Below are positions 38,958-50,429 of a DNA stretch of 64,000 nt, in pieces. The translations under genes and the position numbers were made by a program. Numbering within the stretch: position 1 is the stretch's first letter; each line of letters opens with the position of its first letter. A model generated the notes under the pieces. It did no database searches, was not told the DNA's origin, and saw only the letters and a list, made by a program, of their open reading frames with translations. Origin of the DNA: Octopus bimaculoides (taxonomy: Eukaryota); NCBI RefSeq assembly GCF_001194135.2, contig NC_068984.1:79603795-79667794 (forward strand), given 5' to 3'.

Positions 38958-40562
38958 GTTTGTGTAATGTGTGTTTATATGTGCATGTGAGTGTGTGTAT
39001 GTGTGATCATGCATGTGTATATACTTCGCTGGGTGTATATAGTCAGTTGATTATGTTTTATTGGTTTAGAGTGATGTGATATGTGTGTATACGTGTGGAA
39101 CTGAATTTTATAGTGTTGCTTCTTTTTCTGCGTCTGTGCAATTGTTTATATGTGAGACTCCATAAAATGTTTCTATGTGTGTGCATGTGAGTGTATGCGT
39201 ACATGTAATTATGTGTGTGTTTGTGTAATAGTCAGTGTTTCAAGCAGTCGTGTAATTATATTACGCGTGTGTTTGTAGATAAGAGTAATTGTTCATGCAT
39301 ATATAATTAAGTATGAGGCTGCATGTAGGTGTGTTGGTGTGCGTTTGAGTGTGTGTATGTGTGCATGTTTTGGTCTATGTGTGTATGTCTTTGACTTAAT
39401 TCTGATGTAAAAATCTTAAATTAAGGATATTAAAAATTGTGCTAATGAAAGACAAAATTAAACAAAAAAAACTGTAATGAGAAGAGAAAATTTCCTCATC
39501 ATCTTCGACATCAGCATCATCATTTGCATTTTTTCAAAACTCACACAACCCCCATCATCTTGCTCATCATAGTCATCGTGATCGTCATCACCACCATCAC
39601 TGTTGTCGGCATCATCATCATCTTCATCATTATCATCACCATAATCATCCTTCATCATCATCATCACGATTGTTTCTTAAGGGTCAGTCTTATACAATGA
39701 CAGTAGTTGTGAGAGTATTGTATCAATTCTTTCTGTGAAAGGTGGTATTTACCATCTCCTGAATAATTGATGTCCCCTTGTATGGTGATATGTCTACTTG
39801 TATCTTTTTTGCATTTAAAACTCTGTATGGTGAATATTTCCTCATTTCATTCAACTCTATATTACAAATGTTAAATGTATTTGGTGGGCCTAGATATTTT
39901 CATGAATATGTTGCTCCAGTTCTAGGTACTTAAACAATAACCTTAATTTGACATCAGCACTTGGTCCTTCTGAATATTTATCATAATTTATTATGTTACA
40001 AAAATTTTGTTATCAGGTTAGTTTTTCAGTGATAAATTGGTTTTGTCTTTCTCTGCTCTGCGGTCAAATACCCATCTTTGTTAACTTTACATATCACCCT
40101 TTAAAAACTGATAAAAGAAAAATTTACAAATCCAAGAAATGGATTCACAGAACTCTAAGAATATAAGACCAGATTCCTTGTAATGTCTATCTTAGCTGTT
40201 TGTGTTCAAATGCTCCTGAGGCCCATGTTGGTGGTAAGCTTAATCTGTCAGCTCAGCTGGTTTAACACCACCAAATGATCTGTGTAGACCTTTAACAGTA
40301 TCATACACAGTTGCAAAACTTGGTAATCTTATTGAATTTTTCAGTGGTGAATTCATGTAGTTTTTAGAGCATTGGATAGAATTCTGAAGAATACTATGGA
40401 GCAAAGGCCATTGACTATGTTTTGCCATTGCTTTTAACTCTGGACATATTTTTTCTCTCCCAGAACTTTTTGGTTTGAAATTGTTATTGATGCTTCTGTA
40501 ACTTTGCTTATTTCTATGTGTGGGTGTTGGTTCTACACACACCAGTTTTTACCTCTGAGATG

Positions 40563-40815
40563 GTAAAGGTAAAAGTTACGTTCTGGAGTCATGCTGACCC
40601 ATAAGGGCTGGTTTCCCGGTTTCCATGGCATATAAATTCCCTACTTGGATGGTTCACAGGTCCATCACATGATCACTCATTTTTGCCAGCTGAGTGGAGT
40701 GGAGCAGTGTAAAATGAAGTGTTTTGCTCAAGAACACATAGCGTTGTCCAATCCAAGAATCGAAACTATGATCTTATGATCATGAGTCTAACATCCTAAC
40801 CACTAAGCCATGTGG
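40563..40815 (-). mobile_element. tRNA-derived SINE sharing the family-D head and core, different 3' end
   Basis: Reverse complement: cacatggcttagtggttagg...gtttcgattc...tgtgttcttgagcaaaacactt...ccactcagctggcaaaaatgag...(ttacct)n. Confidence 0.75.
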
Positions 40816-41881
40816 CTCTGCACCTCTGAGAAGGAGCGATCCACATTAGTCTGGCCTCTATCCATTGATCTTCCCAGCATGGGTACCTCTGCATCACGAG
40901 CTTGTGCTCTACTGGCATAGCTCTCAGGGTCATCGAGACATACAAGCCACCACATCACTACAAGGACTGGACCTTGTGGATTGGATAGAATGCCTCATTG
41001 TATTTGTTGTGACTCTGTGCATTCCAAGTTCAAATGCCACAAGGGTCAATATTGCTTTTCCATCCTTTTGAGGTCAATAAAAAAAGCACCAATCACCTGC
41101 AGTATGTCAGACCAGACATACTTTGTGGTAGTTGTTCTAGTTGTTTGCGTTCTGAATTTAAATCCCACCTTGGTATACTTTGATAGTAGACTTAATGTGT
41201 CACTTGATTTAGCAACACTGCCTGGCAATGCAGAGGGTTGTATGAAATAATTGGATATAGTATTTAGTTTGGATTTAGAAGTGTAAGAGACATTATGGGT
41301 AATGTCAGTGTAAGATTAACCATTAAGCAAAATAAGTACGTGCTTAGGGCATCCAGGGAAGGGGGCATAACAGAAATGTTAGATGGTTTATGGCACAAAA
41401 GAAATCACTTTAAACTTGCTAAAATAATATTTGAAGTGGTTTATATGATCGTAAATATAATTTTGAAGTGTTCATTGTATCATAGAAAAGATCGATCAAA
41501 GACTTTGCAATTAAAAAAAAACGTAGAAGAAAACCTTTCAAATATAAGTAAAGTGGAAGTATATAAAAATAAACATTATTTTACATCTTAACTGTTAGTT
41601 TTGTTTCACTTTGAAAAATGAAGATATATTTTATGGTGTATTATTGTTTATATTTTGAATCACACACAAACACACGCACACACTCACACAAGCACTCACA
41701 TGCACACACACACACACACACACACTCACACAAGCACTCACATGCACACACACACACACACACACACAATCTTTTAAGTGCTTAGGGCTTCTATAGTTCT
41801 CTATCCAGTCCTGGGTAATGGGAGTTGGTAAGATTAGTATTTCACATTGTTGTTATCTTAGTTGATCAAGCAGATCTATGA

Positions 41882-41955
41882 TCAAAGGTTTGAGAAGACC
41901 TGTCAGGGCTAAGTGAAATTGTAGTTAGCCCTGACAGGTCTTCTCAAACCTTTGA
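41882..41955. repeat. Perfect 31-bp inverted repeat with a 12-nt loop
   Basis: tcaaaggtttgagaagacctgtcagggctaa (41882-41912) and its exact reverse complement (41925-41955). Confidence 0.97.
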
Positions 41956-42143
41956 AATTGTAGTTGTGGCCAATGCCAGTGTCATGTAACTGCTACCCAT
42001 TACACTCTTGGAGTGGTTGGTCTTAGGAAGGGCATCCAGTGGTAGAAACCATACCAAATCGGATTGGAACCCGGTGCAGCCCTCCAGCCTACTAGTTTTA
42101 GTCAAACCGTCTAACCCATGCCTGGGTGGAAAGCAGACGCTAA

Positions 42144-42181
<38 letters not shown>

Positions 42182-42223
42182 TGAGTGAAATAAAAAATAA
42201 GAATTTTCAAAGAAGTATTTATA

Positions 42224-42500
42224 AATGATCATCAACACTGGAGACAAATACTGCAAAAGGGGATGAAGGAAGTGGAAGAAAGACAAGAACTCACCACCAA
42301 AGAAAATTGCACTCAATGGAAGGTAAAGCCAGTAGTGCCAGCAGACAGCTCCTTCAAATGCAGTTGTTGTGTGCATGACTGCCCCTCCCATGTGGGCCTG
42401 TACAACCACAACAGATGCTGTGCCACCATCAGCAGCTGACGTGATTTCTTTGGTTGCAGATCCATGGCTTCTTGAGACCGAAGGATGCCTACTACTATGT
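42224..42500 (+). mobile_element. RTE-clade LINE 3' end with C-terminal zinc finger
   Basis: Open frame 42224-42439 without ATG: DHQHWRQILQKGMKEVEER...FKCSCCVHDCPSHVGLYNHNRCC*; 3' UTR ..gagaccgaaggatgcctactact. Confidence 0.75.
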
Positions 42501-42619
42501 ATCGGTAGAATTATCTTTTTAACATTGAATAACTGTGGGAGTCTGCCAGGATAAAATAGTAAACAAAGTGGTCCATAGGTAAAAAAAGGTTGAGAACTAA
42601 GGCCCTAAGCCATGCTCCT

Positions 42620-42980
42620 CCACAGAGAAATGCATAGACTGGGTGTATACAAGGGATAACTAGTAATGTGTGAAAGACAACAAGGCTGCTCTAGTACGGA
42701 CAATATGAGGATGCATTTCCTATGGAAATATGATGGGAAGGAATGTAAAGAAGTGCTAAAAAATCTAAGTGGAAGGAAGCTGTAGAAGAGGTTGACTGGA
42801 ACAGACCAAGGAAGAAACGAACAGATGTGATTTGATGAAGGATGATGATCTTGATTTACTGAAGCTTATGAAGGAGATGATGAGTAACCACAAGTGGTGA
42901 GAGGCTGTGTTGGAGTAGAACTACTTAGCTTATGTAAACATTTAAATGTGGATGTAAAAATAATGATGATGGTGATGATC
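42620..42980 (+). mobile_element. Old RTE LINE 3' remnant
   Basis: RLL*YGQ (RLRWYGH), RPRKK, DL.LL.L..EM; decayed gat tail. Confidence 0.55.
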
Positions 42981-43833
42981 ACATTGTTATCACTGCGACT
43001 ACTACTGTTATCATCAACATTTTATCCATAGATGTAATACATTGAACACTTTCCAAGCATATTATATGTAAGAAATAACAACCTATATACACAAACACCT
43101 GCATCTATAGATTACTGTATTTGGATAAATGATTATATCTATATTTCAACAACTCAATTCCGAAATTTGCACATATACATGTAGAAATGAATTTTTCAAG
43201 ACAAGGAAACAAACAACAACGAAAAAAAAAAAAAACCAAAAACCAACTCCACCAACAAAAAAAAAAGCAAAGACAAAACTACAACAATAAAAAATAAAAA
43301 CCCAGAAAAAATTCCAGTCCATAAGCAAACAGCAAAAAGAAATCCTATCCCAGTTTTTCCATATATATTGCATTGTAATTGGCAAACAAAAACCAAACTA
43401 AAAATATGGTCAGGTAAAAAACAACAATTTGAATAAACAACCAATAATGCGAAAGATAAATTTACCAAATTGATTTCCATAAATTCTTTTCTCTTTCTAA
43501 TTTGTTTCTTTTCCTAAAAGAGAAAATTCCTTTCCTGGCTAGNNNNNNNNNNNNNNNNNNNNNNNNNNNNNNNNNNNNNNNNNNNNNNNNNNNNNNNNNN
43601 NNNNNNNNNNNNNNNNNNNNNNNNNNNNNNNNNNNNNNNNNNNNNNNNNNNNNNNNNNNNNNNNNNNNNNNNNNNNNNNNNNNNNNNNNNNNNNNNNNNN
43701 NNNNNNNNNNNNNNNNNNNNNNNNNNNNNNNNNNNNNNNNNNNNNNNNNNNNNNNNNNNNNNNNNNNNNNNNNNNNNNNNNNNNNNNNNNNNNNNNNNNN
43801 NNNNNNNNNNNNNNNNNNNNNNNNNNNNNNNNN

Positions 43834-43867
<34 letters not shown>

Positions 43868-43906
43868 TGTATAGATACATATCCAATATCCAGATGTATG
43901 CATGTT

Positions 43907-43938
<32 letters not shown>

Positions 43939-44327
43939 TATAAAAATATATATAAACATACATATGTGTGTGTGTATATATATACATATATACACACATA
44001 CATACATGTGTGATTTTATAAATATGTGTAACACTGCTTCATGCATGTGTGGTCTCTTTCTCTCTCTTTCTCTGTATACAACCGGAGAGATAGAGTGTGT
44101 GAGAGTTTTTTGTTCCACATGTTGTCAAAACTGTAGAAACAGCAGATGAGTTGATGACAGCGAAATGTCAACAAACATTACCTTTCATATCTGATGTTTT
44201 TCATGCAGAGAGCAACACACCCATACATGCATGCATATATAGATAAAGATAGATATGAACATGTACTCTCTACTGTTCTATAACTTAGAGTGTGCTTCTT
44301 TTTCGGATTTATGATTTACTGACAATA

Positions 44328-44369
<42 letters not shown>

Positions 44370-44745
44370 AGGAATAGGTGTATGGTAAGTAGTTTGCTTA
44401 CTGACCACATGGTTCCAGGTTCAGTGCCACTGTATGGCACTTTGGGCAAGTGTTTTCTATTATAGCCTTGGGGGGTGACCAAACCTTGTGAGTGGATTTC
44501 GTAGACAGAAACTGAAAGAAGCCTGTCGTATGTGTGTATGTATATGTATATGTTTGTGTGCCTGCATTAGTGCCCCCACCTTCGCTTGACAACCGATGTT
44601 GGTGTGTTTAGGTTCCCGTAACTTAGCAGTCTGGCAAAAGGAACTGATAGAATAAGTACTAGGCTTACCCTGGGGTCAAATTGTTTGACTTAAGGCGGTG
44701 CTCCAGCATGGCCACAGTCAAATAACTGAAACAAATAAAAGAATA
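44370..44745 (+). mobile_element. SINE family A
   Basis: Head to aaataaaagaat tail. Confidence 0.85.
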
Positions 44746-44765
44746 TATATATATATACATATATA

Positions 44766-45141
44766 CTAGCAGCTAAACCCGGTTTCACCCGGCCTGTTTG
44801 GATGATGTGGCTGTGATCGCTTTCGATTAGGCATAAACTATAACAGCGTTTCTAAACCTTATCATTTCGGGTCCCCTGTTTCGATTGGAGCCTCTAGCTG
44901 TACGAAGATTTCATCACCCCACCCCTGTCAGAAATTGGCTTCAGGACTTGTGAAGAAAGAATTTGTACGTAGTCTGTTTCTGAGAGCTATTTTATTGAAC
45001 GTCTGTATAATCATTAATACATTTATTTAATTATGAACATAGAAAGAAATTATACATTAATCCCAATTTTTGTAAGCAGTTGTATTCGTAAAAATTTTAT
45101 TTGCAGAGAGCAGAAATTGAAAGATATATGAAATGGACGTG

Positions 45142-45191
<50 letters not shown>

Positions 45192-45736
45192 AGAGAGAAA
45201 GAGGGTGAGAAAGAGAGATAGAGTGAATGAGTGAAGTTGTGTGTCATTGACTTACGTTGGCTGGCATGACAAGCACAAAGCTTTTGAGGCGGCAGATGAC
45301 TGGGGTGATATTAGAAGATGTGAAGAAATGCCATCTTTTCAGTGGAGCGCTTCTTTGTAGGCAATGTTTCTCGTTTTCCCTTCTGATGCACAAATGCATA
45401 GATATTGTGGTCTGCCAACACGGGAGCATCCAACGTAATGTTGACCGTGGGAGAACACTTGCTCTATGAGATTTAAACAAACCATTTGCAATAATTGACT
45501 ATGTGCCTTATTTATTGCCATTGCAAAGGAGAGTTTGGTAGGAAATTGAAGCCGCTTAAACTCGTAGATCATATCAGAGAGAGGGAGGGACATTGGAGTT
45601 ATAAGAACATCATGACCAGCAGCCGGGCCATTCAAGATGGTTGCCTGTAGAACACGGGAGTATAAATTTTGATTATCATGTGAGTGCCATTACACATTAT
45701 TGGAGCATCCAAATTCTGCAGCAGCATGATGGGCAC
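44766..45736 (-). mobile_element. Helitron 3' portion: PIF1-like helicase C-terminus and 3' terminus
   Basis: VPIMLLQNLDAPIMCNGTH (1 frameshift) ...FKRLQFPTKLSFAMAINKAHSQ...VFSHGQHYVGCSRVG...KTRNIAYKEAL*. Minus-strand end ccgggtgaaaccgg hairpin followed by CTAG|T at 44769-44765. Confidence 0.9.
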
Positions 45737-46900
45737 TCCTCCTTAGAACTTTCCAGGAAATAATTACTCCCCTCCTCGGAACATTCCAGGAAGTAATTCG
45801 TCCCACTCCTCGGAACTTTCCAGGAAGTAATTCCTCCCATTCCTTCCCTTCCTTGGAACTTTCCAGGAAGTAACTACTACCCTTCCTCACCCTCTTAGGA
45901 ACTTACCAGGAAGTAGCTCATCCACGGATCTTTCCAGGAAGTCCTCGGAACTTTCCGGGAATTCATCAGAATTTCCAGGAAGTCCTACCATCGGAACTTT
46001 AGAGGAAGTAGCTCATCATCGGAAGCCCTCAGAATCCTCCAAGAAGCCCAATCCCCGGAACGTTCCAGGAAGTAGCTCTTCCGAGGATCTTTCCAGGAAA
46101 CCCACGGAACTTTCCAGGAAGACCCATCCTCGGAACTTTCCAGACAGTAGCTCATACTTTGATCTTTCCAGGAAGTCACATCATCGGAACTTTCCGCGAA
46201 GGAGCTCACACTCGGAGCTTTCTAGGAAGTTCCATCCTCGGATCTTTCCAGGAAATCCTCAGAACTTTCCAGGAAGCCCCATCCGCGGAAATTTCTAGGA
46301 AGTAACTCACTGTCGGATCTTTCCCGGAAATCCTCGGAACTTTCCAGGAAGTAGCTCATCAGATGTTTCCAGGAAATCCTCAGACCTCTCCAGGATGTCC
46401 CCCTCGGAACTTTCCAGGAAGTAACTCACCTTCGGATCTTTCCAGGAAATCATCGGAACTTTCCAGGAAGTTCCATCCTCAGATCTTTCCATGAAATAAT
46501 CGGAGTTATCCAGGAAGCTCCACCCTCGGAACTTCCCAAGAAGCTCCATCCTAGGATCTTTCCATGAAATCCTTGGAACTTTCAAGGAAACCCCATCCTT
46601 GGAACCTTCCACGAAATTCCATCCTAGGATCTTTCCAGGAAATCCTCGGAACTTTCCAGAAAGTAACTCACCCTCGGATCTTTCCAGAAATCCCTTGGAA
46701 CTTTCCAGAAAGTTCCATCATCGGATCTTTCCACGAAATCCAGGAACTTTCCAGGAAGTAACTACCCTGTGATCTTTCCAGAAAATCCTTAGAACTTTCC
46801 AGGAAGACCCTTCATCGGAACTTTCCAGGCAGTAGCTCACTCTCGGATCTTTCCAGGAAGTCCTCGAAATTTTCTTGGTAGTCCCATCCTCGGAACTTTA
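45737..46900. repeat. Minisatellite-like array of ~20-28-bp units (cctcggaactttccaggaagt / cctcggatctttccaggaaat)
   Basis: Dozens of degenerate units; about 20 or more intact TTCCNGGAA by manual count. Confidence 0.95.
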
Positions 46901-46907
46901 TAATTAA

Positions 46908-47157
46908 GGCACATGGCTCAGTGGTTAGAGTGTTAGGCTCACAATCAGTGAGTTTAATTCCTGGACCAGGCTGTGTATTGTGTTCTTGATCATGATACTT
47001 TATTTCACATTGCTCCAGTTCACCTAGCTGTAAAAATGTGTCGCAGCGTCACTGGTGCCAAGCTGTATTCTTTTTGCCTTTCCCTTGGACAATATAGGTA
47101 GTGTGAGGAGGGGCAGCTGGTATGCATGAGCAACTTCTGGTCTTTCATAAACAACCC
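46908..47157 (+). mobile_element. tRNA-derived SINE family D
   Basis: ggcacatggctcagtggttagagtg (A-box) ... gagtttaattcc (B-box) ... gtcactggtgccaagctg. Confidence 0.8.
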
Positions 47158-47232
47158 AATATTCGACAATTTTTTTAGTGAATACATGGTGATTGCTTAT
47201 AAGCTTTAAGTTTATAGATATTATCATTTTCG

Positions 47233-47309
<77 letters not shown>

Positions 47310-47312
<3 letters not shown>

Positions 47313-48522
47313 CAGATTGAGTCAAGAGACTTTCATATTTCAAGCATTAATTTATAGTTTATACAAGTTACCTACAAAGTGTTTATTCATCAGAATATAT
47401 TCCATCATATTCTGTTGTCTGTTGCCATCATTCTGCCAGAAGCTCAATTCCATGCTTAAACCATTTGGTTGGTTTAGAGGCAAAATACATCCGGCACCTG
47501 TTTTCAACCTCATCCACATTACTGAACCTTTGTCTGTGCAAGAATTGAGTCATAGCTTGGAAAAGGTAGTAGTCTGGTGGTGCAAGATCTGGACTGTAGG
47601 AAGGGTGAGGCAGCACTTCCAGTCCCTCAAGTTCCTTAAGTTTGCATTTGGTCATGCTGGCAGTATGTGCTGGGGCATTATCATGCTATAGGAGTGTGCA
47701 TCTTTGATTAACCAATGCTGGGTAGCAGGGTTTCAAAGCATCATATACTCACTCCAGTTGTGGAGTATAAAGGTTTACATTCACAACATGACCACCTGGA
47801 ATAAGTTCAAAGTGCAACAACATCACCTTGAAAATCCACCAAACACACAACATGACTTTCTATTCAAACTGCCCTTGCTTGACAACAGATTTTGAAGCTT
47901 GACCAAGATGAAGCCACTGATTTCTGTTATCACGATTACAAAAATACATCCATTTTCCATCTCCAGCTATAAAACAGGCATTTCAAAGATTTGCCCTCCG
48001 TTGTTTGCAAATGTTCATATATTGTTGAGCTTACTTATTTGTAGCTTCATGAGGAGCTTTTTGACAGTGTCTGTGTACAAGGCTGAGTTTACAGAGGTGT
48101 CAATTAATGAAGCTTTCTGAAGGACCAAGTTCTGCCAACAGTGTATGAGAGCTTGTGTTTGGCTATTGTTCAGCCATTTCAAGCAAGACCTCTCTGACCT
48201 TGGTTTCTTTGAGGTTGGTGTCACCTTCTTTGAAATATCTGAACCAGCTTTGTGCCACGTGTTTGTTGACAGTCCCTAGGCCTTCCACATCATTAATTTC
48301 TTTTGCTGCTGCCCTTGCAGTCAGTCCTTTATTCCACAGATAGCATAAAGTGGGTCTAATTGCAGTTTTTTTTTCATCACTCATTATCAAAGCTGTAAAA
48401 TAAAGAATAAACAATTCAGCAGTGATTGAACAAATTGTTTCAAATTAATGATATAACATGGAGATACAAGTTGCCAAAAATCATCAGTAATAATCTGAAA
48501 AAACTTTTGTCTCAAATTGGTA
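47310..48522 (-). mobile_element. Near full-length degenerate mariner transposon
   Basis: HTH: YLWNKGLTARAAAKEINDVEG..TV...VAQSWFRYFKEGD; C-terminus VLPHPSYSPDLAPPDYYLF; degenerate ~24-bp TIRs (caccagattgagtcaagagacttt vs rc taccaatttgagacaaaagttttt, 17/24), TA at the right end. Confidence 0.9.
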
Positions 48523-48729
48523 TGTATGTATGTATGTATATGTGTGTGCGTGCACACACACACACACACACACACAAATCACACATGCATTAAGAAATAC
48601 ACAGACTACATAGAACTTATGTGATGTAATACAAAGTATTGCCAGTGAAAGTGGGGATTTTAGAAGTAGACTGATGATCTTTTTACCCTTTTATGTTCAG
48701 GCTATTTCTAGCATTCCAAACAACAATGT

Positions 48730-48910
48730 GGCACATAAAAAGCACCCACTACACACTCGGAGTAGTTGGTGTTTGGAAGGGCATCCAGCTGTAGAAACAT
48801 TGCCAGATCAAATTGCAGTCTGGTGCAGCCGCTGGTTTTCAGACCTCAGTCAAACCGTCTAACCCATGCCAGTATGGAAAAACGGACGTTAAACGATATG
48901 ATGATGATGA
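48730..48910 (+). mobile_element. RTE-clade 3' UTR fragment
   Basis: gcacccactacacactcggagtagttgg...acggacgttaaacgatatgatgatg. Confidence 0.8.
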
Positions 48911-49070
48911 ATGCAGTGGCTCTCATGACCGCTGTTGTTGTTGCTGATTGAATCCAGGTTAGATCCAAGGAGATCTATGAGCAAATGCATTATAACTGTG
49001 ACCATTTGACCATTTCCCATGTTCAATGCATCTTCTTTATTTTAAAGAAAGACATTAGTGTATGAATTAA

Positions 49071-49277
49071 CCCTTTAGCATTTAAACAGGCCATATTGCA
49101 CTTGTTTTATGTTCAAACTGACAAGATCTGGTGTCTTACACTAAACCTCCAATATCATTCTAAAAATTAACTGTTACCCCATCAAAATCTCAAAGCTACA
49201 AGATAATGCATGATTAACTCTAAACAATGTGAATGAATAAGCATTACTGCTGACAGAGTGATATGGATGCTAAAGGG
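49071..49277. mobile_element. piggyBac-type MITE
   Basis: TTAA|CCCTTTAGCAT ... ATGCTAAAGGG|TTAA: perfect 11-bp TIRs with TTAA target duplication. Confidence 0.85.
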
Positions 49278-49793
49278 TTAAAGCAGATTTGGCTGCTGTT
49301 TCCCTTGACTTCAGTCGCTCGTGTTATTTCAACTGGGTCAAGACAAACTGTTACATTATTTCTTTTTATCTTAGATGCACAAATTATAAAACTAAGGAAG
49401 CTGATATTCTCTTTTATTGTTTCCAGAACAATGAAAATTAAAACAGGTTCAGATTAGTGAATATAAGTATTTCTTGACATTTTGGATGGATAGATAGAGA
49501 TGGTAGAATGGTGTATGCTAAGCTTACATTGTTTCTAATAAATATACACTTTTATCTTAATTTTTCTGTTGGTGAGCATGTAGAGGAGACTGAACTCTCT
49601 ATTTTTCATATTTTTTTGATCCACCACACATTGTCCACTCATTTTCCAGACAAAGAAGAAATTACTAATTATCAAAATACCAGTGTGACTACACAATTAT
49701 GATGTGTATACTAACATACAGTAACACTAGCTGTAATATTTTGCCCCAGAGAAATTTCTCAAAAATACTTGTATTAAAAACACTGGGCTTCAC

Positions 49794-49835
49794 TCAGAAC
49801 ACTGGTGTTTCAACCTGATTTGGTCTCCTCAATGA
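49794..49835 (-). ncRNA. Decayed minimal hammerhead-like motif, copy 1
   Basis: tca-TTGAGGA-gacc-aaatca-ggtt-GAAA-caccagtg-tt-c-tga. Confidence 0.45.
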
Positions 49836-50132
49836 CAAATACCCTAGACATTCTAAGCTAAGTTGAAAAAAGCTTTTCCATTATAGAAATCATTAAATGA
49901 GAATTTTACTGATTTGTGAAAAAGCTATCCAGCCTAGAATTAAATTAACATACACTTTTGAAATAGCCTTAGATTAACATGCTCAATGTGTATACACATA
50001 TTTTGTATGCAAACCAGTATTAAGTACAACATACAATGGTACTCTCTGTAATATTTCATTTCAGTGAAACGTCTCAAAAAGACTTTCATATCAAAAACAT
50101 AAGGTATTGTTCATAATACTAGTGGAGGATTA

Positions 50133-50172
50133 TCAGACAAGATGTTTTAACCTGATTTGGTTTCTTCAATGA
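50133..50172 (-). ncRNA. Decayed minimal hammerhead-like motif, copy 2
   Basis: tca-TTGAAGA-aacc-aaatca-ggtt-AAAA-catctt-GTC-tga. Confidence 0.4.
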
Positions 50173-50429
50173 GGAAATGCTGCAAGTTGTTAACTATTTC
50201 TTGTTGACTCAGACTTAAATAGAACTGGATGGGTCAGCCCTAATTTACATAATAGTAACACAAGTGTTAGCGATGTGTTAACTGAAATAGAGTGTAATTT
50301 TTACCTTATATATCTCGAATACTGCATAGTTCATTCATTTCTTTAAAATGATGAATATGATGATGAGTAAGATATCTACTGTAGATAATCTTTTGTTTAG
50401 TGGGGGTCTTTCATACCCAGGGAATCTAT

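Noticed and set aside
39860-39935. Plus-strand NVFGGP as a candidate next B4GALT exon
   Set aside because: No acceptor in the right phase and the following residues do not match GT7.
40240-40542. 100-aa minus-strand ORF with FAT...GGVK, loosely transposase-like
   Set aside because: Similarity is too weak to assign by eye; an HMM search would be needed.
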